This document shows, in pieces, positions 55,140-64,000 of a DNA stretch of 64,000 nucleotides. The stretch is from Octopus vulgaris. Its lineage: Eukaryota. Within the stretch, counting starts at the first letter, position 1, and the number at the start of each line of letters is the position of its first letter. The notes below the pieces were generated by a model that worked only from the letters and a program-made list of their open reading frames with translations, had not been told where the DNA came from and searched no databases. The stretch is taken from contig OX597814.1 in NCBI GenBank assembly GCA_951406725.2, positions 195,796,001-195,860,000 on the forward strand, written 5' to 3'. A program made the translations under genes and the position numbers.

Positions 55140-55548
55140 TATATGTATGTATGTATGCGTCTGTAGATTTGTATGTTTTATGAAAGTATTCTCATGCATA
55201 AAGTTACATATTTAGACATGCTCAAATATATTTAAATGATAAACTTCTGGAAAGTTTTACAGATTTTTACAGTTCCAGTGATGGATTGGATCTGTTGTCT
55301 TTGAATTAGCTTTCTCCTTTCTGGTTTTGAGAAGCCTAATTTCTCAAGATTGGTAGTTAGGCCGTGTGTTACATATCCCAGGGCTTTCATGTGCAAACCT
55401 GAACTTGTAATCTAGATAGAGTAACTGCAGGTTTCTCAATAGTTCAGCATAGGTGTTCTCTTTTTCCCTGATCTTCAGCTTTATGTTAACATCCGCTGGG
55501 CAGCTAATTTCCGCACCTGTGTACAGTTTATCGTCTTTATCCCAAATG
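55140..55548 (-). pseudogene. 3' end of a REL-endonuclease non-LTR retrotransposon (R4/Dong/NeSL-like)
   Basis: Reverse frame IWDKDDKLYTGAEISCPADVNIKLKIREKENTYAELLRNLQLLYLDYKF, then after a frameshift LGFSKPERRKL...SITGTVKICKTFPEV, typical of the PD-(D/E)xK REL C-terminus. Confidence 0.75.
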
Positions 55549-56390
55549 TATGTATGTACGTATGCATGTGTGCGGATTTGTATATTTTGTTTTATATATG
55601 TATACTCATGCGTATAGTTGTATATCTAATCATGTTCATATAGGCGCAGGAGTGGCTGTGTGGTAAGTAGCTTGCTAACCAACCACATGGTTCCGGGTTC
55701 AGTACCACTGCGTGGCATCTTGTGCGAGTGTCTTCTGCTATAGCCCCGGGCCGACCAATGCCTTGTGAGTGATTTGGTAGACGGAAACTGAAAGAAGCCT
55801 GTCGTATATATGTATATATATGTGTGTATATGTGTTTATGTGTTTGTGTTTGTCCCCCTAGCATTGCTTGATAACCGATGCTGGTGTGTTTACGTCCCCG
55901 TCACTTAGCGGTTCGGCAAAAGAGACCGATAGAATAAGTACTGGGCTTACAAAGAATAAGTCCCGGGGTCGATTTGCTCGACTAAAGGCGGTGCTCCAGC
56001 ATGGCCGCAGTCAAATGACTGAAACAAGTAAAAGAGTATAAAAGAGAGTAAAGAGTATAGATTTAAGTAATAAACTTCTGAAAAGTTTTCCAGATTTTTA
56101 CAGTTCCAGTGATGGCTTAGATCTGTAGTGTTCGAATTAGCTTTCTCCTTTCTGGTTTTGAGAAGCCTAACTTCTCAAGATTGATATTTATGCGAGTGAC
56201 GTGTATGTGTAGAAGACACAAGTGTGCCTCTATTTGATCGTGACTACTTAACCACCTAACAAAATCAACAAAGCCATGGTACATGCTGCCACGTCGCAAC
56301 CGTTTGCCTGTTGCGGCTTTGATTCTGGATCTATCATAAAATAAGTTATATCTTTTCCTAAAATTTCTCTTCATGCACCTCGTAGTTCTT
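55549..56390 (-). pseudogene. Second tandem REL-element 3' end, split by SINE B
   Basis: 56065-56185 duplicates 55235-55350; 55560-55640 duplicates the 3' UTR at 55155-55210. Confidence 0.65.
55643..56040 (+). mobile_element. Full-length SINE B (tRNA head, CORE-like segment, internal TA/TG tract)
   Basis: GGCGCAGGAGTGGCTGTGTGGTAAG, GGGTTCAGTACCACTGCGTGGC, and tail GCTCCAGCATGGCCGCAGTCAAATGACTGAAACAAGTAAAAGA. Confidence 0.92.
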
Positions 56391-56609
56391 GAAAGTCTCT
56401 TTTTTCTTGTTTATATGTCAGTCGTCTTTTAAAATGTCACAGAGTTTGGATTATGAAACTTTCGACATAAAATAAGAAATAAAAGGAAATTTTATTTATT
56501 CTCTATTTATAAGTGAACAGTCAGTATATTTTAGCAGACAATACTATTGATATATAAATGCTTCTATTTCAGCTGTTGTTTAAAGTACAATGGCTGACAT
56601 TTAGCTGAT

Positions 56610-56645
<36 letters not shown>

Positions 56646-57661
56646 CAATAGCGTAAGTTTATATGAACGTTTTTCTTTCAAATCATATCCTCAAAAATAT
56701 TGATTTCTCATCAATAACCCAATGTTTTGACAAGTAAGTTATTCTCTATTGAGTCGCTACCATTGTGTTACTGGTGCTTCACTCACTTTATATATTCTAC
56801 CACGAAGACTCCCGCGGAATGTTGGATTGAAACAAATAATATTCGATGATTGTAGATGCATGTGGTCCATTTTACCATTTCTGCCAATAAACCGCTTTGA
56901 AAAACTGCACAAAAGAAATGCTGCATGAATATTTTATATGTCTTTATATTTCGACATAGCCGTATGTGTGTAAAATAAATAAATATGCAGCAAATTTATG
57001 TAGCCTCAAAGATGTGTCGCTATAGTTAAGACCACAACCGTCAGTTTTCATAGTATTATTACTGATAAATAAAAAAACAACACAAAGAAAATAATTCCGT
57101 CAAGACAAAGTTGTAATTCTTTATGTAACATTAAATATTAAATGTTTTATTTTGTTGTGAATCAGAAGTCATTTAGCGCTTATTTTACTTTTAAAAATAT
57201 GATGAATGATTTCACATTATAAATTCATAAATAAATTTGAAAATCCTTTACGTGGGGTTTTACCTTCTAAAAATGCCCTAAAGTAAGGGAATATTGAAAT
57301 ATTCACGCATTTCCCCTCAACGGAATAACTGTCAAATAAAGGAACGAAACGTGTGTCAAATGAGAATTGAAAGAATTTTACGTTCTGAAAGGTTCAGATG
57401 TTTACTTCTTATAAAAAGTAAGAAGGCTTGTCGCATATTTTCACTTAAAAAAAAGATATCGAGAGAACACGTGGTGCCCTGGTGGCCTGTTATTTTAAGG
57501 GAGTGGGGGTAACCATTTCTAGATAAAACTAGGTGGGATTAGAAGATCGAAATATAAATCGAACATAGAGGTAAAAGATGAATAGAATATATATATATAT
57601 ATATATATACATACATACATACATACACTTTATTAAAAAATCAGCAAAAATATCACAAAAA

Positions 57662-57699
57662 CTGTTACTCAGAGTTTCACGTTCCCGTTCGTCGGACTG
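57662..57699 (-). ncRNA. Hammerhead motif, same family as 7730
   Basis: Revcomp CAGT-CCGACGA-ACG(GGAA)CGT-GAAAC-TCTGA-GTA-ACAG. Confidence 0.6.
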
Positions 57700-58184
57700 T
57701 TTTGTTTAGAATGGAACAAACATAAGGTTATAAGCAAACATAAACAATTAGTTTATTGGAAACACATTTGAAAAGGGTTTTGTTTCATTGGTCCTTTCAA
57801 CTAACGGCCTTTACAATGACCGGTTGCATGCAATGAACAACATTCAGTATAAAATCATCTTATAAAATCGAAGGAAAGCTTAAATCAAAAATAGCTTATA
57901 AAGAAGGACAGAGCGTAAATACCCAGGGTAAATAATTATTTGCAAACTATTACTCAATTAATATATTAAAACTTATATCCATTAAAAAAAATTCACGTTG
58001 GATTACATTTATATTTAGTTTAGCGGTATATGCACATACCAAACCATCTAAAATATACATATATACACTAAAACATATAGACGCATATACATAGCAACAT
58101 ACATATACAGACATATACGGGCAAGAATAAATATATATATACATATTCATATATATATATATATTCTATTTTCTTTTCTTTTAT

Positions 58185-58541
58185 TCTTTTACTTGTTTCA
58201 GTCATTTGACTGCGGCCATGCTGGAGCACCGCCTTTAGTCGAGCAAATCGACCCCAAAGCCTAGTACTTATTCTATCGGTCTCTCTTTTGCCGAACTGCT
58301 AAGTAACGGGGACATAAACACACCAGCATCGGTTGTCAAGGAATGCTAGGGGGACAAACACAAACACACACATATATATATATACACGACAGGCCTCTTT
58401 CAGTCTACCAAATCCACTCACAAGGCTTTGGTCGGCCCGAGGCTACAGTAGAAGACACTTGCCCAAGGTGCCACGCAGTGGGACTGAACCCAGAACCATG
58501 TGGTTGGTAAGAGGGCTACTTACCACAGAGCCACTCCTGCG

Positions 58542-58543
<2 letters not shown>
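58185..58543 (-). mobile_element. SINE B
   Basis: Colinear with 55643-56040, with small deletions. Confidence 0.9.
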
Positions 58544-58583
<40 letters not shown>

Positions 58584-58632
58584 AACGCATTGTGACCAGT
58601 GATGTGTAACAATATCTGATCGGTCACGTGAT

Positions 58633-58677
<45 letters not shown>

Positions 58678-59269
58678 CATACGTGCACACATGCACACGC
58701 ATAAAACCACCTGGCGTACGCTTATTCAATTTAGCTGTTACAGTCGAAAGAAAGAGGACGAAGAATCAGAAAATATTAAGAATGGGGAGGAGGAAGAAAA
58801 CAGTGGAGAAGAAGAAAAAGGAAATGAAAGAGAAACAGAGAACTAGCGTATATATATATACACGCATATGTATAAGTACATACACATATATGCATATACA
58901 TACATATGCATCTCTACAATAAATGCATACACAAATATATAGAGGCATATCTACATCATAACGTATATATGCAAACAATTTTTTTAAAAACTGTTCGGTG
59001 TGTATAATATCAAAACATAAAATAAGGAAATTATACATTAATTTGATGTAACATATTTAAAAACGTTATATAAAAATAATAATAATAAACCTCGGCGAAG
59101 CTTAAGCTTGATATTAAATTTATAAAGCAGTTGAAGGCTTTCTTAAAAATGAAATCGCAATATGCATTAACGATGTGATTCAAAAAACTATACAGTGTAA
59201 AGTCAAATTCAAATGCAACAGTCAAAAAATATATTTCGAAAGTCAAAACATTTGCCCCATACGATATTT

Positions 59270-61052
59270 TGTCGGTTGACATTTTAAATTTTGTGACGTG
59301 CCTGCAGGAAGTTAAGAGCTCGCATCTCTGGTTCAAAGCGTTTTTATCCTGGAACAAGATCAAGAACTACTCTGAGAGGCAAAGATTACATTTCATAGGT
59401 CTTTTATAAGCCCCATGTTTGTATGCTGATGCTTTTTCTAGAATTTTCCAGGTTATATTGAAAGAACGTGTCATTCTCATCCAATTCCCAGACATTCTTT
59501 GCAAAACTAGTCGCTGTCCTGTTCTCGGGGTATCGGAAAGAATTTCTATGGGAATAGAATCGAGTATTGAATGAATACTATGAAGCCCCTGTATATGTCT
59601 TATATACTTGCGAACCTTCTACTTGCACTTTGGCTCTATAAACAATACCTTTTTCAAGACATTTTCTTTCCAACGGACAACAAGTCTTATCTTTGCAGTT
59701 GCAGTTCCTCAGATTAGATTCGGCACTGTAGTTGTCTGTAATAATTTTTGTATCATTCTGGCAAATAAAAGAGGCGAAGCTTTTGCAACAAGAATAGCTA
59801 ACCTTCAGAGTTCTCCTGCTAAATATTGAGGAACGGTGTTCAGTAGAATCAGGCTTATATTTGGTCAAATTAGATGATCTTGTACTTTCTTGTAAATCTG
59901 ATTCTTTACTTAAAGAATCTTCTGCAGCAATAGAAGTTTTATTGCGCTCGAGCACTTTATAAGAATTTTCCCCAAGCACACCAGATTTACCCAAAAGGAT
60001 ATTTTTGGCTCGGTCTAACGTTAATTCACGTTGAGGTCTACGATTTCGATTAATTGGATCGTTTGCTGGCATCTTTACGGTTGGTATTTAATGTAGGACA
60101 GAGGTAGTCGCATAAGATCAGCATCGGAAAAACTTTTAATCCCTTTCTTAGTATCATCTGGTGCACAACCAATGGTAATTCGCCGTTTGGATGCTGCTGG
60201 AAGTGAAGCACTTTCCTTAGCTTCAGAAGAAAACCCATCATTAATGTTTCTGGCTGCTGTAGACTGGGCATCACTAGATGTTCTGCTACTTTAAGAACTT
60301 TGATCACCAACTGTGTTAACTTCAGGCACACTGTGAGAAAGGGACAAGTCACATACAGTCTGGAGATTAGAAGGGGGCAGAGTCTCATCATAGTCTATAC
60401 ATGTAAGGTTGGGAACTTATGGCTAGACTGAAAATGCTTAGAAACTAATTTTAAGTATTCTCTACCTATATTAGATTTTATGGCCATATTAAATGCAGCG
60501 TTAAACCACAAAACTTTCCTATTTCTAGTTCTATGTGGCCTATTATTGCTAGAATTAACTTGACTAAACTGGATATTTTTCCGAGAATCCACTTTTCCTT
60601 AATGCATTATTGTAATACGACTCAGCATTTTGAAATGCTGTCTCATCCGAAGAAGTTCATGATATACGCCTCCCTGATATACGCGGCGAGCTGGCAGACA
60701 TGTTAGCGCACCGGGCGGAATGCTTAGCGGTATTTCGTCTGTCGTTACGTTCTGAGTTCAAATTCCGCCGAGGTCAACTTTGCCCTTCATCCTTTCGGGG
60801 TCGATAAATAAAAGTACCAGTTTCGCACTGGGGTCGATGTAATCGACTTAATCCGTTTGTCTGTCCTTGTTCGTCCTCTCTATGTTTAGCCCCTTGTGGG
60901 TAGTAAAGAAATATATACGCCTCCCTACATTACTAACTGGGTTCTTAAGAATTACGGGTGGATTATTAGATTCTTTGCTAATATAACATAGCTTTTCATT
61001 GGGCTTAGGGTAGGGTTTAAATTCATCTAATTGTAAATCTAAGTAGATATTA
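59270..61052 (-). pseudogene. Neptune-type Penelope-like element: RT thumb, linker and GIY-YIG endonuclease, degraded
   Basis: YLDLQLDEFKPYPKPN...SNNPPVILKN; RNRKVLWFNAAF...NIGREYLKLVSKHF; LKVSYSC...CNCKDKTCCPLERKCLEKGIVYRAKV...YTG; C-terminal LNQRCELLTSCRH. Confidence 0.88.
60683..60912 (+). mobile_element. SINE A inserted in the PLE
   Basis: Duplicated target ATATACGCCTCCCT at 60662 and 60913. Confidence 0.92.
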
Positions 61053-61373
61053 TCCTGCATGCAAGGAAATCCCTTCTTTTTTTAGGAGGATTCTATCTAG
61101 GTGAAAAAGAGTGAGGATTCCATTTTCGATGTACCGATGGGGGCATATGATGGGGTAGAGTTATGTGTGCTTATACGAGCTTATATTTTGCATAATCTGC
61201 ATCTAGAATTCCCTTTGATAGATGCAGGATTATACAGGGATGGCGGTCATATAGTGGCCCATAGTTTAAAAGGCCATGAGTTAGATAAACTTAGGAAGAA
61301 ACTGATTACTTTCGTCCAAAGAATGGGTTTACGGATTACAACAGAAAGTAACGGTAAAAGCGTAGATTTTTAA
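61049..61373 (+). pseudogene. Inverted PLE RT core segment
   Basis: IILHARKSLLF...KKSEDSIFDVPMGAYDGVELC...GLYRDGG...RITTESNGKSVDF. YRDG corresponds to the Neptune catalytic YRDD with the second Asp lost. Confidence 0.88.
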
Positions 61374-61389
61374 AAATATTAACTGAGAT

Positions 61390-61450
61390 TTACAACATTG
61401 GTTGTCAAGTGAGGATGGAGGGACAAGCACAGACACACACACACACACAT

Positions 61451-61494
<44 letters not shown>

Positions 61495-61673
61495 GTATAC
61501 ATACATACACGACTGGCCTCTTCCCGTTTTTGTCTACCAAATCCACTCACAAAGCTATGGTCGGCCCAAGACTACAGTGGAAGACATTTGCCTAAAGCAA
61601 CACGCAGTGGGACTGAACCTGGAACCATGTGATTGTTAACCAAGCTTTTTACCACACAACCACTCCCGCGCCT
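61390..61673 (-). mobile_element. SINE B, 5' two-thirds
   Basis: GTCTACCAAATCCACTCACAAAGC...ACCACTCCCGCGCC. Confidence 0.8.
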
Positions 61674-61974
61674 ATAACTATATATATATATATAAGTATG
61701 TATGTATGTGTGTGTGTGTTTGTGCATAATTTTATTATTTCGTACTTATTACATAGATCTTGCATATCACCCAAAAATGCCACAGAAAAATATTTCGAAA
61801 CTAAAAACAAAAGATCGCAATATAATCGCAGAATTAAACTCTGCTTTACTTGTCAAATGATATTGAACACCTTGCTCTTCTTTTGCTTTTCTTTCCACTT
61901 CTCTTCTTTCTTTGTGTCGCTTTAATCGACACTTTCCACTTTCTACATATCTGTCTTTGTCACAAACGAACTCT

Positions 61975-62420
61975 CCCTCACTCGCTCACTCACTCACTCA
62001 CTCACTTACTCACTTCCTAACTCACTCACACACTCACTCACTCACACACTCACTCACTCACACACTCACTCACTTACTCACTCACTCGCTCTCTCTCTCA
62101 CTCACTCACTCACTTACTCACTCACTGACTCACTCACACACTTACTCACTCATACACTCACTCACTTACTCACTCACTCACTCACTCACTCATTCTCTCC
62201 CTCCCTCACTCACTCACTTACTCACTCACTCACTCACTCACTCACTCACACACTCACTCTCTCCCTCACTCGCATACTCACTCACTCACTCACTCACTCA
62301 CTCACTTCCTAACTCACTCACTCACTCTCTCACTCACTCACTTACACACCCACTCACTCATTCACTCATGTACCCACTCACCCACTCACCCACCCACTCA
62401 CTCCCTCACTCACTCACTCA
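61975..62420. repeat. (CTCA)n microsatellite
   Basis: Direct reading; source of the THSL-repeat ORF. Confidence 0.95.
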
Positions 62421-63011
62421 CACACACACACGCACACACACACACACAAACACTCACCAACACTATCTCGACCCTATTCTCAATCATTCTAAAGTATTTA
62501 TCAAGACATCTATCAGTATCGATCTATTCATCAGGCCAACTTCAATATTATTATATTTCATTGTCAAGCAAGCAATCCACTTTTTTCTTCTTCAATTTAC
62601 CAAATGGAAAACGTAGCGGTGTTTTAGTGAATTCATTTATTTGTTTAAATTTCTTAAACGACACTAAAAGTACTTGTCACCTATATTCCAAAACGGAAAC
62701 GAAATGTCGTCAACACAATGCGACACTGATTTTGCAAACAATTTCCAATAATTACAGAGAAGTGAGTTAAAGGGAAGTAACACAAGTGGGCCGATGCTAT
62801 GGATCAACGTACGAAGGTGGTGTAGGCAATATATACATACACACACATATGTGCGTGTGCGTGCGTGTGTGTGATGTGTGTGTATCTGTGTGTATACATA
62901 CATATATACATACATACATACATAGGGAGAGTTTACGAAAAAAACAAAAGACGAAGACAGGTGGTGTACAAAACAGATTTATTAGTATAACGCTCAGGAA
63001 TAGAAAAAAGT

Positions 63012-63047
63012 CTTTTACGTTTCGAGCCTACGCTCGTCTACAGAAAG
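63012..63047 (-). ncRNA. Hammerhead-like motif, A6U core
   Basis: Revcomp CTTT-CTGTAGA-C-GAGC(GTAG)GCTC-GAAAC-GTA-AAAG; cassette 62925-63090 is homologous to 7340-7498. Confidence 0.55.
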
Positions 63048-63369
63048 GGACACAGGAAAAACAAGGAGAGAAACGAGGAAAGAAAAAAATGTCTGTACAT
63101 ACATACATACATGCATACATACATACATACATACAAGCATAACGCAAACACCAGGCAATCCAAAATGGCAGGACCTTTGTGAATACTCATTCCTTGACTA
63201 GGTAGGCCTTTACATCATATACAATATATATATATATATATTATATGTATTTTTATATGTAATAATATCAGTTATCGGATTGGACACGATAGTGTAGTAC
63301 CGAACATCACTCCAGTCAGAGTAAGAACACAATATTCTTTTATTCTTTTATTTGTTTCACTCATTTGAC

Positions 63370-63890
63370 TGCATACTCAGCATCTCCCGGCCAGACAAGG
63401 TGACCAACACCGATGTCCTGACTTGTGCTAGCCTCCCTTCCACGTACACCTTGCTGAGACAACATCGACTACGCTGGCTAGGCCACGTTCACCGTGTGAA
63501 CGACGGCCGAATCCCAAAAGACATTTTCTACGGAGAACTCGCGACAGGACAGAGGAACAAGGGCCGCCCGCAGCTGAAGTACAAGGACGTGTGTAGGAAG
63601 GACATAAAGGCGCTCAACGTCGACATCAAATCCTGTGAGGACCTGGCAGCAGACCGCACTAGGTGGAAAAGCACACATCTCAAACAGCAACGGATCGGTG
63701 GGAGAAGCTGTCAGCAGCAGAAAAGCGAACCCGAAGTAAGGGGTCGACAGCCGACAGACCAGAATCCACAAACAGATGCGATCTATGCGACCGTCACTGT
63801 CATTCTCGCATTGGTCTCCATAGCCACAAGAGGCGCTGCTCAAGCCGAGCGGCCCAACCTAGACAATAAATGGACGGACGTGATGTCCAT
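63370..63890 (+). pseudogene. RTE-clade LINE 3' end
   Basis: LRWLGHVHRVNDGRIPKDIFYGEL...GRPQLKYKDV, then after a frameshift the zinc finger CDLCDRHCHSRIGLHSHKRRC. Confidence 0.9.
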
Positions 63891-63906
63891 GGGTAGCCAA
63901 TATATA

Positions 63907-64000
63907 TATTGGGTTGGTGCATAATTTTTGCGGCTTTTATTCAACAAATTTTATTCAACAATAAGATTGACAATATTTAACACAAACATATTTAAACGAA
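63907..64000 (+). mobile_element. Mariner-like TIR, running off the window edge
   Basis: TATTGGGTTGGTGCATAATTTTTGCGGCTTTT resembles Hsmar1/MADE-type TIRs. Confidence 0.6.

Overview
AT-rich eukaryotic non-coding DNA. It is very likely from an octopod cephalopod, inferred from dense (TA)/(CA)/(TATC) microsatellites plus tRNA-headed SINE families of the octopus type. I recognise no intact host gene; almost all ORFs in the track are microsatellite or SINE read-through. The window contains: (i) several tRNA-derived SINE families, here called A-D, with nested and tandem copies and swapped tails; (ii) decayed LINEs (two RTE, one CR1/L2/Jockey-group, one L1/Tx1-like ORF1, tandem REL-endonuclease 3' ends); (iii) a rearranged Neptune-type Penelope-like element (PLE) with RT and GIY-YIG remnants; (iv) non-autonomous Helitrons, mariner/pogo remnants and two GG-terminal MITEs with 8-9 bp TSDs and internal TTAGGG. 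The most notable hidden signal is about 14 type I hammerhead ribozyme (HHR) motifs read by eye, in short non-coding cassettes mostly embedded in (TA)n tracts and often in inverted or direct-repeat arrangements. They include recurrent non-canonical cores: a compensated A3-U8 pair, U4C and A6U. Coordinates were counted by hand, and element boundaries are approximate unless a TSD or TIR is quoted.
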